64,000 nucleotides of DNA from the NCBI GenBank assembly GCA_964423645.1, contig CAYRFE010000010.1, positions 21,264 through 85,263 on the forward strand, in the 5' to 3' direction. Each line of letters begins with the position of its first letter. Position 1 is the first letter of the stretch. The position numbers were made by a program, and so were the translations under genes. The stretch is from an uncultured bacterium (GTDB taxonomy: Bacteria > Macinerneyibacteriota > Macinerneyibacteria > Macinerneyibacteriales > CAYRFE01). Shown here in pieces: positions 1 through 10,385 of the stretch. The notes beneath the pieces were generated by a model. The model was given only the letters and a program-made list of their open reading frames with translations, was not told where the DNA came from and did no database searches.

Positions 1-310
1 GCTCACGTCAGTTTTTTAAAACGGTTATCGTATCTGAAAGAGACTACCGATAAATTCAAATTTCCAATGATTCTTTGTTTTATAAAAAAGATGTATGTAA
101 CGAAATATCCACTCAATAGCATGTTAAACCCCTCGAAGGTCATCGAGTGATTTCGATGAATTACCGTACGAAGAGGCTATAAGTTTTTTGTAAGAGCGAT
201 CGTTATTTTTACAGTAGGATTTTTATCGTCGAACTATTCAATGAACGCCGATGCACAATCAACCGGTATATTTGAGGAAGAAAGAAGATTAATCTCAAAA
301 AAATAGTTTG

Positions 311-347
311 CCCCTTGCAAAACTACCATTTTGAGAATTTTGCAAAG
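311..347 (-). repeat. Partial copy (tail arm only) of dispersed intergenic repeat family A
   Basis: ccccttgcaaaactaccattttgagaattttgcaaag resembles the tail arm of the copy at 22169-22200 (gacctttgcaaaactaccgtttttttgaattt). Confidence 0.35.
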
Positions 348-396
348 ATAGTACGAGACACATTCGCTGATGATCGGCACAACAGGCTTATATGAA

Positions 397-430
397 AATC
401 CCTCTTAAAAAAATCAAGAGGGATTTCACT
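397..430 (-). terminator. Hairpin immediately 3' of the minus-strand MCP gene (putative intrinsic terminator)
   Basis: Inverted repeat AAATCCCTCTT...AAGAGGGATTT just past the stop codon at 450; only a partial T-tract follows on the minus strand. Confidence 0.45.
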
Positions 431-449
431 TATCATACGTTACATAGAA

Positions 450-2534
450 CTACTTAATCGTCAAACCGCGTTCTTGACTGTCATCAGTTTTAAACTTCTC
501 CACAAGATCTTTTAACATCTCCGATTGCCGTGCAAGTTCTTCTGCCGTTTTCGCTACCTCATGCACAGCCTTTGATGATTCATCACTTGCAGTCGCCATT
601 CCGTGAATATTATTGTTTATCTCCTCAATGGTCACGCTTTCTTCTGCGATCGCCGTAGCCACGGTCGCCGCAGACTCCATCACTTTGTCGCTTGATTTTA
701 CAATTAACTCAAGCACGGCAAGCGACTCATTACCAAGTTCGACACCTTTTTTCACTTCTTTGGTGACATCATCCATTGAGGTACCGGCTTTCTCGGCTTC
801 TCCCTGCAAACTCTTGATAATAGCTACGATCTCTTTCGTTGCTTCTGCAGTTTTTTCTGCTAACTTGCGCACTTCGTCGGCTACGACAGCAAAACCCTTA
901 CCTGCTTCACCTGCGCGTGCGGCTTCGATAGCCGCGTTGAGTGCGAGAAGATTTGTCTGATCGGCTATGTCGTCGATAACAGTGATAATACTGCCGATTT
1001 TATCGGTAGATGTACCAAGATTGGCAATGATCATTGAAAGATTCGATGCCTGCTTGTCTATTGAATTCAAACCGTCGATCGTTTTTTGAATGATCTCGCC
1101 GCCTTTTGAAGTATCTTGAGCGGATGTTTCTGTAGTCTTTTTTGCATCTTCCATCGATTCGGAAATACTTTCGGAAGTCACCGCAAGCTCATTCAATGCC
1201 GTAGCGATCGACTGCGCCTGTTCGCTTTGTTCGAGTGCCGTTGAGGCAAGCTCTTCTGATGAAGATGAGATTTGTTCCGCAGCCGCGCTCACATTCAATG
1301 CGCCTGATTTAACATCTACGACAAGAGAATGGATTCGATAAATAAACTTATTAAACCATTCTGCCAGCTCTCCCAATTCGTCTCTACTGTCTACCTGTAT
1401 AGTACGTGTCAGATCTGCTTCCCCTTCTGCCAAATCCTTTGCACGTAGCACCATTATCTTAACAGGTTTAACAACGAGTTTTGTCACAAACCAAATACAA
1501 GCTAAAATAAGTATTATAGAAAATAACCCGACAATAATCGTATACCTGATCAATTTATTTGATTCTTCCACGACTTTATCCATTGGAATAGAAACACCAA
1601 AAGACCAAAACTGATTTTCTGTATAATTTACAGAAAACGGCTCATAAATAATTTTTGAAGAAATTCCTGTGGCAGCTTCATATGCCATATACTCGAACTC
1701 AGTTCCGTTTAAAATCTTTTTATCAATAGACTCTTTCGTATTAATATCTTTTTCAAAATCTCCAACTTTTTTACCATTCGCTTCTTCTAAAGGATGTGAT
1801 ACGGCGGTAGAGTTATTTGAAAATAAGAATGCATACCCAGTGCCCATTGGTTTAATATTTGAAATCATCTTCTGAAAAAGCTCCATTGATATATCAACGC
1901 CAACAACACCGACAACGGTTCCGGCAGTGTTTTTTATGGGAACACACATACTGACCATTAAAATATTTTGATTATTAACCGGATATATAAACGGATCCAT
2001 AATAACAGGCTTTCCTAAGTTTTTCGGTTTATTATAATAGTCTCCGGCAGAATCCGTCTTGTCGTAATCAACACAAGTCTCTAAATGAACACCGTCGACA
2101 CGATTCCAGTAAGGAGCAAATCTTCCGGTGGCATCACTACCTGGCTGTCCCATAAAATCGGCATCAAGCCCGTCTAATGCATTCGGCTCCCACACCGACC
2201 AAACACCCAACAACCGGTCATGTTTTTCCAATACACTTTGTAATTGTTTACTAATATCAGCTCGACGTTCTTTGGGATCTAATGATTCGTAATTTGAAAA
2301 TATTGCTCCTAACACATAGGGAATTTGCATTGTTGCATCCAATTCTCCTTTAATGATTGCCATATTATACTTTGTTAAAGTATCCGAGTAATCTACTGCC
2401 ATTTTATTTGCCATAACATTCGCCTTATAGCCGACAATAACAATGGTGAATGCAAATCCGACTACTACCGCAAGTGTTATCCAAATAAACATCTTCAACT
2501 GAAACGACACATTCTTAAACATACGCACCTCCAT
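450..2534 (-). CDS. Methyl-accepting chemotaxis protein, double-Cache periplasmic sensor + HAMP + MCP signalling domain
   Basis: N-terminal TM, Cache-like region, second TM, HAMP, conserved MCP hairpin tip ([41 protein letters not shown]); RBS ggaggtg before ATG. Confidence 0.9.
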   Translation of the reverse strand: MEVRMFKNVSFQLKMFIWITLAVVVGFAFTIVIVGYKANVMANKMAVDYSDTLTKYNMAIIKGELDATMQIPYVLGAIFSNYESLDPKERRADISKQLQSVLEKHDRLLGVWSVWEPNALDGLDADFMGQPGSDATGRFAPYWNRVDGVHLETCVDYDKTDSAGDYYNKPKNLGKPVIMDPFIYPVNNQNILMVSMCVPIKNTAGTVVGVVGVDISMELFQKMISNIKPMGTGYAFLFSNNSTAVSHPLEEANGKKVGDFEKDINTKESIDKKILNGTEFEYMAYEAATGISSKIIYEPFSVNYTENQFWSFGVSIPMDKVVEESNKLIRYTIIVGLFSIILILACIWFVTKLVVKPVKIMVLRAKDLAEGEADLTRTIQVDSRDELGELAEWFNKFIYRIHSLVVDVKSGALNVSAAAEQISSSSEELASTALEQSEQAQSIATALNELAVTSESISESMEDAKKTTETSAQDTSKGGEIIQKTIDGLNSIDKQASNLSMIIANLGTSTDKIGSIITVIDDIADQTNLLALNAAIEAARAGEAGKGFAVVADEVRKLAEKTAEATKEIVAIIKSLQGEAEKAGTSMDDVTKEVKKGVELGNESLAVLELIVKSSDKVMESAATVATAIAEESVTIEEINNNIHGMATASDESSKAVHEVAKTAEELARQSEMLKDLVEKFKTDDSQERGLTIK

Positions 2535-2671
2535 TATTTCATCAATAGATTCACATACACAGTACTGTTGTATATTACAATAAAATCAAATATTTTTCAA
2601 TGTTTTTTTTGTGTTCTTGCTCCCATGGCAATAAAAATCCTTCCCCGGAATGGAGAAAGAATATACTAAGA

Positions 2672-2792
2672 ACGTTTTGCGAATTAACACTATCCCGATT
2701 TCGGCTACATTTAAAACGGAGACGTGGAGGCGAAGTCCCTGATATATAACAAGTTAAACCCCTCTCGATTTTCAAAAGAGGGGTTTAGGGAA
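2672..2792 (+). repeat. Repeat family A copy 1 (degenerate)
   Basis: ggaggcgaagtccct...TATATAACAAGTTAAACCCCTCTcgattttcaaaAGAGGGGTTTAGGG; hairpin 2 at 2759-2783 carries a compensatory C>T/G>A pair. Confidence 0.65.
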
Positions 2793-2854
2793 GACTCAAT
2801 GCCAAAAATGAGCAACATAGCAAAGATCTCGATACAGTATAAAAATTCAAACGG

Positions 2855-4522
2855 CTATTTAATTGTCATACCACGCCGGGGTGTATCGTTCAATGTAAAA
2901 TGTTCAACAAGTTCTTTGAGCATTTCTGACTGTCGCGCCAATTCTTCCGCAGTACGTGCAACCTCTGAAACCGCTTTCGATGACTCATCGGCAGCTGAGG
3001 CCATTTGCTGCACACCGCCGTTGATCTCTTCTATGGCCTCGGTTTCCTGCGCTACAGCGGTTGCCACTGTTGCAGTGGCTTCAAGCACATTATCGCCGGT
3101 TTTGACGATACTATCAAGAACATCAAGTGACTCTTGGCCTTGTTTCACCCCTAATTTCACTTCATCGCTTACAGTCTGCATTGCATTCCCTGCATTTTCA
3201 GAGTCGGATTGTAATTTTTTAATAATATCAACAATTTCTTTGGTAGCGTCTGCTGTTTTTTCTGCAAGCTTTCGTACTTCATCAGCAACGACCGCAAATC
3301 CTTTTCCCGCCTCACCGGCACGTGCGGCTTCTATCGCCGCATTAAGTGCCAGTAAATTAGTCTGATCCGCAATATCATCGATAACGGAAATAATACTTCC
3401 TATTTTTTCGGTAGATTTCCCAAGATTACTGATGATGTGGGCAAGATTATCGGTTTGTGAACTTATCGTCTTCAAACCGTCTATTGTTTTTTGTATGATG
3501 GTAACGCCTTTTGTGGTCTCGTGATTTGATGTTTCGGTAAAATTCTTGGTTCTTTCAACTTCTTCTGCAATATTATCAGATGTCGTTGAAAGCTCATTGA
3601 GCGATGCGGCAATTGTTTGTGTCTGGGCACTTTGTTCATTTGCCGTCGCCGCCAACTCTTCCGATGACGCTGATATCTGTTCTGAAGCTGCCGCCAAGCT
3701 TTGAGCAGAGCCTTGTATTTCGCGAATCAGATTCGCAATATTATCCGCCGCTTGGTTAAGTGCATTTCCCAACATCCCTAACTCATCTTTTTGGTCTAAC
3801 TCGATACGAGTACTCAAATCGCCCTGCTCAAGTCGTTGAGCAAATACTAATCCCTTATTCACCGGAATAGAGACCGCACGCGACAACAGCGTTGAGGTAA
3901 AAAATGACATAATGAGAGCCGCCGCCAACATGATAATCCCTAGTATCGTTCCGTTTTTCGTATCACCGTGAATTTCTTTTTTCATCACTTCACCATACGA
4001 TGATTGGACTTTCACCAAATCTTCAGTGATGTTTTTCAGTTCTTCAAACGGAATAAACCATTCATCATAACTTGTTTTTGCCAGAAAAAGATCACTCGCC
4101 GTGACCGCTGACATAAAATTCTCACGTTTCCCCGCAGCTTTCGGCAGGACCTCTTCCCATTTTGCGATCAATGTTTTTTCTTCCTCTATAAGGTAGGTCA
4201 TCTTGTACGCATCCCATTTTTCCTTATATTCTTGTGTCAGTTTTTGAATATTTTCGGTACGCTTTTGGATTTCATCAGTATTTCCCTCTACTGCAGCAAT
4301 GTAGATACTCGCCATATCAATACGAATTTGCAAAATATTTTTTAAAATATTATTTAATTCGATAGCAGGAATAAAACGATCGTCGTAAAATGAGTTGAAT
4401 TCTTTTTCAGATTCTTTAAGACTTCGAAACTGTTCAATTGAAAGAAATACAATAACGGATATAAATAAAAGTGTTGCAACAAAGATTTTTCCTTTCACGG
4501 GAAGATCGTTTAACCACTTCAT
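2855..4522 (-). CDS. Methyl-accepting chemotaxis protein (four-helix-bundle sensor, HAMP, MCP domain), paralog of 450-2534
   Basis: Same signalling-domain motifs as the first MCP; strong RBS aaggaggcggaaATG. Confidence 0.9.
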   Translation of the reverse strand: MKWLNDLPVKGKIFVATLLFISVIVFLSIEQFRSLKESEKEFNSFYDDRFIPAIELNNILKNILQIRIDMASIYIAAVEGNTDEIQKRTENIQKLTQEYKEKWDAYKMTYLIEEEKTLIAKWEEVLPKAAGKRENFMSAVTASDLFLAKTSYDEWFIPFEELKNITEDLVKVQSSYGEVMKKEIHGDTKNGTILGIIMLAAALIMSFFTSTLLSRAVSIPVNKGLVFAQRLEQGDLSTRIELDQKDELGMLGNALNQAADNIANLIREIQGSAQSLAAASEQISASSEELAATANEQSAQTQTIAASLNELSTTSDNIAEEVERTKNFTETSNHETTKGVTIIQKTIDGLKTISSQTDNLAHIISNLGKSTEKIGSIISVIDDIADQTNLLALNAAIEAARAGEAGKGFAVVADEVRKLAEKTADATKEIVDIIKKLQSDSENAGNAMQTVSDEVKLGVKQGQESLDVLDSIVKTGDNVLEATATVATAVAQETEAIEEINGGVQQMASAADESSKAVSEVARTAEELARQSEMLKELVEHFTLNDTPRRGMTIK

Positions 4523-4778
4523 TTCCGCCTCCTTCTTTATGACCGTTCGTCACGCCGCATTATCATAACGAATTCCCAATGGAAAATAGCATCTGGACAT
4601 GTAGCTACGCAACATTCATAATGGTGCGATATATACGTTATTATAACAATAACCTTTTCCGAATACAAGTGAAAACATGTTTTTCCTTGACAATTTTGCA
4701 CTCTCCGTCCATACTGAGTGAAGAAATCACGCAATTGAAAGGTATATTTTTCCGTTTCAAAAAAGAAAGAAGGTATCC

Positions 4779-4958
4779 GTGAGAAAAAATTATTCCGGTG
4801 AAAAACGTCAACTTCAACTTAAAAAACAAAAAAAACGCGAAGAAAAAGAACAAAAACGTCTTGAACGAAAAGGTATCAAACCAACTTCGGATAATCCCGA
4901 ACTCAACGAAGATACACCGCAAGAAACTGAAACAACAGAAGAGGATTCTGCAGAATAA
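4779..4958 (+). CDS. Candidate unannotated small ORF (59 aa, GTG start) for a highly charged Lys/Glu-rich protein
   Basis: MRKNYSGEKRQLQLKKQKKREEKEQKRLERKGIKPTSDNPELNEDTPQETETTEEDSAE; RBS agaagg 5 nt before GTG; stop lies inside a palindrome; below the 60-aa cutoff of the ORF track. The region is A-rich, so Lys-richness is partly compositional. Confidence 0.3.
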   Translation: MRKNYSGEKRQLQLKKQKKREEKEQKRLERKGIKPTSDNPELNEDTPQETETTEEDSAE

Positions 4959-4966
4959 TTCTGCAG
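4941..4966. terminator. Palindrome TCTGCAGAATAATTCTGCAGA between the convergent small ORF and copZ (possible bidirectional terminator)
   Basis: Perfect 10-bp inverted repeat around position 4957; no strong T-tract on either side. Confidence 0.3.
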
Positions 4967-4989
4967 ACACCTCATCGTTTGTTCATGCT

Positions 4990-5196
4990 TCAATGAGTTA
5001 CCGGAAATCCTTCGTCCTCAATGGTCATTATGATCGTCTCACGTGATATAATTCTCTCATCATAGACGATCGTCGCTGTTTTATCCGCAAGTTTTACTGA
5101 CACATCCGAGATTCCTTTAAGATTTTTTACTGCACGTTCCACGGCCGCCGTGCAATGTCCGCATGACATTCCGTTGACCTCAAATGTTTCTTTCAT
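4990..5196 (-). CDS. copZ: Copper chaperone CopZ (heavy-metal-associated domain)
   Basis: GMSCGHC metal-binding motif, 68 aa; 4-bp overlap with the upstream copA. Confidence 0.85.
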   Translation of the reverse strand: MKETFEVNGMSCGHCTAAVERAVKNLKGISDVSVKLADKTATIVYDERIISRETIIMTIEDEGFPVTH

Positions 5197-7403
5197 AGTA
5201 TCTTCCTTTCATGGAGAGGATTAAACCGTCTTAACCGAAGTGAATTCGATACCACCGATACCGAACTGAATGCCATCGCCGCTCCGGCAATGATAGGGCT
5301 TAACAATCCTAAGGCGGCAAGAGGAATTCCTACCGTATTATATATGAATGCCCAAAATAAATTCTGATGTATCGTACGAACAGTTTTTTTCGCAAGTTTT
5401 AACGCTGCAGGTATAAGACGTATATCGCCGTTCATCAATACAATATCTCCGGACTCAATCGCAATATCAGTGCCTGTCCCCATCGCGATCCCGCAATCGG
5501 CAGCAGCCAACGCAGGAGCATCATTGATGCCGTCACCGATCATCGCCACGCGTCGTCTTTCTTTTTTTAATCGTGAAACAATATCAGATTTCCCCTCAGG
5601 CAGAACACGCGCAAAAACATTGTGCGGATCAATACCTATCGTGTGTGCGATCATGTGTGCGACATCCTCGGAATCACCTGTCACAAGAAACGATTGTACG
5701 CCGATCTCTTTGATAGCATGAATAACGTCTTGTGCATGCGGTTTTAACGCATCTTTAATTTCAAAATATCCCGCGACCGTTCCGTTGATCGCGACAAAAA
5801 GAACGGATGCCCCGGGAGAAATATCGACCGGTATGAGGGGAATATTTCGTTGTGTCAAAAGCAAATCCGTGCCGGCTATAACTATCGATCCCTTAATATC
5901 TGCCTCTATCCCTTTACCGGGGATCGCACGAAAAGAATTAGGCTCATCAATATCTGCAGACTGTGATGCATATGAATAGACAGCTTTACCTATCGGATGT
6001 TCAGAATGCTTCTCGGCAGCTCCTGCAAATCGAACAACTTCCTCTGCCGAAAACGGAGGAAGCACATGCATGGCATGAACAACAGGCACACCCGCCGTGA
6101 GCGTACCTGTTTTATCAAATATGACCGTATCGATCGTTGCCGCTCGTTCGAGTGCTTCGCCGGAGCGAATCAAAATACCGAGCTCGGCTCCTTTTCCCGT
6201 GCCCGTAATAATCGCCGTAGGTGTCGCTAATCCCAATGCACATGGGCACGCAATAACCAAAACACTCACTGAAGCTATTAAACCCTGAACCGTATCACCT
6301 GCGAACAACCACCAAATAAGAAATGTGACCACTGCGATAGCAAGTACGACCGGACCAAAAACACCGGCTATTCTATCGGCCAACTGCTGTACCGGCGCTT
6401 TTGATGCGTGTGCAGTTTCGACCACACGAATGATCCTTGCAAGCATGGAACGTTCTCCGATATCGGTCGCTGAACAGTAGAGCAGCCCGTCGGTATTCAC
6501 TGTGCCGCCAAAGACCTTCATTCCGGTCGTCTTCACAGCCGGCATACTTTCTCCGGTTATCATACTTTCGACGACTGCCGATTCACCTTTTATGACAAGA
6601 GCATCAACGGGGATTTGTTCTCCGGGACGTACAACTACCGTATCTCCCGAAACAACATCTTCAACCGAAATATCCGATTCGACACCATCTCGCACCACAT
6701 GCGCATGTGTCGGTTTGAGAGCTATCAACTTTCGAATGGCTTCTGATGTCTTTCCCTTCGCACGTGCTTCCAAATATTTACCGAATGTAACCAGCGTGAT
6801 CACAAATGCAGATGTTTCAAAATACAAATAACCGTGAACCGGGGAGCCGTGCGGAGCAAAAAATGCGGCATAGACGCTGAAAAAATACGCGGTGGTTGTC
6901 CCCAATGCGACAAGTGCGTCCATACCCGGGCTCATGTTTTTTATTGTATGCCAGGCATTCTTGTATAAACGAAATCCCACATAGAACTGCACCGGCGTGG
7001 CACAGATAAAATGCAACAATCGGTTGTGAAAGATCGGATCATTTGAGTGAAAGAACATCGCGATCATCGTTACCACAAACGGTGCGGTAAATACTGCGCC
7101 GATCATTGAAAGAAGCCGCAACGATCCCAGCGTCTTGTGCCTGTCCTCTTCATTATCGCCCTCGATCTTCTCATGTGCGCCATAACCGAGATCGATGACA
7201 GCGTTGATGATAGAATATGGTTGAATCTCCGAATCAAGATGAATTTCAGCACTGTCATTTGCCAGATTGACCGCAACCGATTCAACACCCTTTATTTTCA
7301 ATAACCTTTTTTCAATTCTCGCAGAACATGCCGCACAGGTCATTCCGGTTATTGCTATATTGATGACTTTTTTTGACACATACACCTCGCCTTTCCATAC
7401 CAT
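5193..7403 (-). CDS. copA: Copper-translocating P1B-type ATPase CopA
   Basis: N-terminal HMA GMTCAACS, CPC motif (CPCALGLATP), DKTGTLT phosphorylation site, GDGINDAP; true start may be the internal GTG near 7379, which has an RBS aaaggcgagg. Confidence 0.92.
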   Translation of the reverse strand: MVWKGEVYVSKKVINIAITGMTCAACSARIEKRLLKIKGVESVAVNLANDSAEIHLDSEIQPYSIINAVIDLGYGAHEKIEGDNEEDRHKTLGSLRLLSMIGAVFTAPFVVTMIAMFFHSNDPIFHNRLLHFICATPVQFYVGFRLYKNAWHTIKNMSPGMDALVALGTTTAYFFSVYAAFFAPHGSPVHGYLYFETSAFVITLVTFGKYLEARAKGKTSEAIRKLIALKPTHAHVVRDGVESDISVEDVVSGDTVVVRPGEQIPVDALVIKGESAVVESMITGESMPAVKTTGMKVFGGTVNTDGLLYCSATDIGERSMLARIIRVVETAHASKAPVQQLADRIAGVFGPVVLAIAVVTFLIWWLFAGDTVQGLIASVSVLVIACPCALGLATPTAIITGTGKGAELGILIRSGEALERAATIDTVIFDKTGTLTAGVPVVHAMHVLPPFSAEEVVRFAGAAEKHSEHPIGKAVYSYASQSADIDEPNSFRAIPGKGIEADIKGSIVIAGTDLLLTQRNIPLIPVDISPGASVLFVAINGTVAGYFEIKDALKPHAQDVIHAIKEIGVQSFLVTGDSEDVAHMIAHTIGIDPHNVFARVLPEGKSDIVSRLKKERRRVAMIGDGINDAPALAAADCGIAMGTGTDIAIESGDIVLMNGDIRLIPAALKLAKKTVRTIHQNLFWAFIYNTVGIPLAALGLLSPIIAGAAMAFSSVSVVSNSLRLRRFNPLHERKIL

Positions 7404-7425
7404 ACCCCCCTATAGTATTAGCGCA

Positions 7426-7441
7426 TGACAGTAATTTGTCA
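7426..7441. promoter_or_regulatory. Inverted repeat TGACAgtaattTGTCA about 22 bp upstream of copA (candidate operator)
   Basis: 5-bp arms and 6-bp spacer in the copA promoter region; no metalloregulator gene is adjacent. Confidence 0.25.
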
Positions 7442-7504
7442 AGAGGCAGACGAGCTTCAATCAAAAAAATAGCGATTGTAAACTTGAAATATAAAAAAAG
7501 GCAC

Positions 7505-7864
7505 TCAGTATGGCAGTTTAATGTATGCTAACCTGTTTTTCAAATTACCGGCTACATCATACGAAAATGTTGTAACACCGTTTTTATCTGCGATTGCTTT
7601 ACCTGTTATATCTTGTTCATAATTCCCATCCCATAAATAAATTTTACCATTCAATGAGTATACAGTTTTCTCACCTACTGAGCCCACATATTCAGCCGGC
7701 TTTTCTCCCCCATTCCTATTTGCTATTAATATCCCAGGTAAATTGTCGGGAGCAATGTCGGATCCGTGAAAAACATTACCGGCATCATCCTCCCACCACA
7801 AAAATTCACCCCATGGATCATATACTCTGTGTAAATTATTACCTAAATTAGTACCCATAATCAC
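7505..7864 (-). CDS. Hypothetical protein, possibly an orphan YD/RHS-repeat-like fragment
   Basis: TTFSYDVAGNLKNRL fits the YD-repeat pattern (xYxYDxxGNL); 119 aa with no partner core gene nearby. Confidence 0.35.
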   Translation of the reverse strand: MIMGTNLGNNLHRVYDPWGEFLWWEDDAGNVFHGSDIAPDNLPGILIANRNGGEKPAEYVGSVGEKTVYSLNGKIYLWDGNYEQDITGKAIADKNGVTTFSYDVAGNLKNRLAYIKLPY

Positions 7865-7963
7865 TCCTTATTTTTTATCTTTATTAAATTAACTCCTTAT
7901 TTTTAATATTTACATACCCATTATTTTTACTTGTATTATATATTTAATAATTGTAATTTATAT

Positions 7964-8956
7964 TTATTTTATTTGCAGCTTATTTTTTTCATCAATAGTT
8001 AATCGATTCTCAATGTATTTCTTTTTAAATACTGCCCGTATCTCCCCATTAAGTGCAGCCTTTTTATACCATAAATAGGCATAATAGTTACTCTTTACAT
8101 AATTTTCATAATATTCCCCTTGAGCATATTGAGCTTTTGAAAAATTTAAATCCGCTGCTTTTTTGAGCATTGTGATAGCCTTTGAGTTATATTTTCCATA
8201 AAAGTCTCTTATTGCTAAATATCCCACATACTGCATTTCAGCATAATTATTAAGATATGAACTAGATTGTAACAATTCAAACATCTCATCTAATCCTATT
8301 TTTAAATCCTCATCAGTAAATTTTTTGTTGTGTTCTTTAATAAAATCATAAATAAAAATATTAAAATCGTTTTTAAAAACAAGAGCTTCATATCTTATAA
8401 ACAAAAACCACATGGCAGCGGTATGTGATTTTTTTATACTAAGATAATAACCTACTAATGCTATTTGTGCATCTATTTCATAGTGCTCTGCAGCAAGATT
8501 TAAAATTTTCAACTGGTATTCATTAGAATATTCTCTATGTTTTAAGTCATACATCATATATAAATAATTATTCTCTTTTATACAAAGATCCAACCAATTG
8601 TTTAATCGATTAGTACCTTCCAATTTATCCGCCTCAGAAAGGTTTTTAAAATAATTTTCATCATCTTTACTTTTTTGACTATCAATAATAGCATATAGCT
8701 TATAATATTTATATGCTTCAATATAATCTACAGACGTTCCAATCCCAAAATAATTCATTGTCATAAGTGCATACACAGCATCAACATATCCCTTTTTGGC
8801 ATTTTTCTCATACTCTTCATAAGCTTCATTGTATTTTTCAGAGACAAAATATTGTGTGGCAACCTTTAAATCATTTTGTTTTTTTTCAAAATATGATGCA
8901 TTCATCAGCATAGTAATAACAGCAATTAATAGGCACAACAAAAATACTTTTTTCAT
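7964..8956 (-). CDS. Secreted Sel1-like/TPR repeat protein, very AT-rich
   Basis: Signal peptide MKKVFLLCLLIAVITML; Tyr/Lys-rich Sel1-like repeats (KAAx..G...A.Y.LG..Y); local GC visibly lower than the flanks. Confidence 0.7.
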   Translation of the reverse strand: MKKVFLLCLLIAVITMLMNASYFEKKQNDLKVATQYFVSEKYNEAYEEYEKNAKKGYVDAVYALMTMNYFGIGTSVDYIEAYKYYKLYAIIDSQKSKDDENYFKNLSEADKLEGTNRLNNWLDLCIKENNYLYMMYDLKHREYSNEYQLKILNLAAEHYEIDAQIALVGYYLSIKKSHTAAMWFLFIRYEALVFKNDFNIFIYDFIKEHNKKFTDEDLKIGLDEMFELLQSSSYLNNYAEMQYVGYLAIRDFYGKYNSKAITMLKKAADLNFSKAQYAQGEYYENYVKSNYYAYLWYKKAALNGEIRAVFKKKYIENRLTIDEKNKLQIK

Positions 8957-8990
8957 AAAGTTCCCTTCTTAAATTCATTAAAATAAATTT

Positions 8991-9030
8991 CTATCCCAAT
9001 CCCCAACACCACCGTATTCTCCCACCTGCT
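8991..9030 (-). promoter_or_regulatory. Conserved 5' element shared with the second Sel1-like gene at 60505-60540
   Basis: 32-bp identical core ATCCCCAACACCACCGTATTCTCCCACCTGCT about 35 bp upstream of both start codons. Confidence 0.5.
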
Positions 9031-9393
9031 AAACTCATACCTCATATCCACCCTATACCTCATATACTTCGCTCCTATCCCGCAAGACACCTTCTGCACC
9101 GCGTTCTTCACACGCATGAGATCGCCATACATATCGTCAGCAATGCGTAATAATAGCGTAAAATCGAATATTTGCAATTTGATTTATTGCAATTCGCTCG
9201 ATCCTACGTCCCATAAGACACACTATGTTGCGTTGATAAACGTTCTGTAAAAACAATGATCATAAAAAATGTTTTCGATAGGAATTTCTCAAAGATTAAA
9301 ATGAAGGCCCGTTTAAATCGATTTTAGGGAGCTTCCTTTACAAAGATTGATAACAGTATTTTTTCACATTTTGCATTAACTTCCAATTAAATA

Positions 9394-9422
9394 TTGACAT
9401 TATAACACTTATCGGATATTCT
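9394..9422 (+). promoter_or_regulatory. Candidate sigma70-type promoter for the first SBP gene
   Basis: TTGACA-N17-TATTCT about 40 nt upstream of ATG 9462; strong RBS aaaggaggcgaacaATG. Confidence 0.35.
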
Positions 9423-9461
9423 AAACGGTGGCGTTTTTGATAACACAAAAGGAGGCGAACA

Positions 9462-10199
9462 ATGAAAACTTATTTCCTTATTTTCATTTCACTTGTATTT
9501 GCTGCGGTTACCTATGCCGAAACCATTACATTGGCAACCGGCGATTGGGCTCCTTACGTTTCGGATAAGATGTCTGGCTATGGAGTTACTGCTGAAATTA
9601 TCACAGCAGCATTTAAAACCGTCGGTATAGAAGTGAAATATTCACTCATGCCATGGAAACGTTGCGAAGAAGAGGTTGCCGCAGGGAAATTCTTTGCCAC
9701 TTTCCCATATGCAAAAACACCTGAAAGGCAACCGAAATTTAATTTTTCACAAAAATTCATAACTTCACGAAGCGTGTTCTTTTTTGTCTCCGATAAGTTT
9801 AATTCATTCCACTGGACTACGCTAGCGGATTTTAAACCATACATGATTGGTGGAACTCTTGGATATTGGTATGAAGCTGATTTTAAAAAAGCCGGCTTAA
9901 AAACAGAATTTGTATCCAATAATGATTCAAACTTTTTAAAACTTCTGACAGGTAAAGTTGATTTCATTCTTGAAGATGAACTTGTCGGCAAAGACCTTGT
10001 GAAACGTATAGCACCCGATCAATTATCAAAATTAAAAACACTGAAACCTGCTTTTAACACTTTTGATCTTCATCTTATGATTTCAAAAACATTTCCCGGC
10101 GCTGATGAATTAACCAAAAAATTCAATGAGGGACTGACAAAAATACGTGCATCCGGGGACTATAAGAAAATTCTTGCGAAATATGGATTTTCAGAATAA
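9462..10199 (+). CDS. Periplasmic substrate-binding protein, SBP_bac_3-like; orphan with no permease or ATPase nearby
   Basis: Signal peptide; MPWKRCEEEVAAGKF motif typical of family-3 binding proteins. Confidence 0.75.
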   Translation: MKTYFLIFISLVFAAVTYAETITLATGDWAPYVSDKMSGYGVTAEIITAAFKTVGIEVKYSLMPWKRCEEEVAAGKFFATFPYAKTPERQPKFNFSQKFITSRSVFFFVSDKFNSFHWTTLADFKPYMIGGTLGYWYEADFKKAGLKTEFVSNNDSNFLKLLTGKVDFILEDELVGKDLVKRIAPDQLSKLKTLKPAFNTFDLHLMISKTFPGADELTKKFNEGLTKIRASGDYKKILAKYGFSE

Positions 10200-10212
10200 T
10201 TATAGTCATTTA

Positions 10213-10246
10213 CAACGACAGGCAGACATGACGCTGCCTGTCGTTG
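10213..10246 (+). terminator. Stem-loop 3' of the SBP gene
   Basis: Perfect 13-bp stem CAACGACAGGCAG/CTGCCTGTCGTTG right after the stop; followed by tgtagtgt. Confidence 0.45.
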
Positions 10247-10385
10247 TGTAGTGTAAGATTAAAACCGGATTAGTTTGGACAAAAATGATAGATATTCTTT
10301 TGTGTATACCATAGTATGCACGATATGATGTTTCTGTTCTCAATAACAATTTTCTCCGGCAAGAGAGGGAGGTTATTGAAATAAT

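Noticed and set aside
100-170. gttaaacccctcgaaggtcatcgagtg at about 120-150 as another family-A copy
   Set aside because: Only a weak resemblance to the AAGTTAAACCCCTCCC segment. The flanking arms are absent. It is too degenerate to call.
613-3365. Antisense ORFs inside the MCP genes (613-960, 1669-1875, 2724-3365)
   Set aside because: They lie opposite well-supported MCP coding sequence. Their Ser/Ala/Thr-rich translations are typical of antisense reading of Ala/Glu-rich MCP helices.
4641-5046. ORFs 4641-4970 (-) and 4798-5046 (+) in the A-rich spacer
   Set aside because: The low-complexity Lys/Phe-rich translations come from a poly-A/T-rich spacer. 4798-5046 runs antisense into copZ. The alternative GTG-initiated 59-aa frame (4779-4958) is better supported but still tentative.
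8953-9177. ORF 8953-9177 (-) 74 aa
   Set aside because: It overlaps the conserved 5' element of the Sel1 gene and a region with short direct repeats. It has no RBS. It is more likely promoter or UTR sequence.
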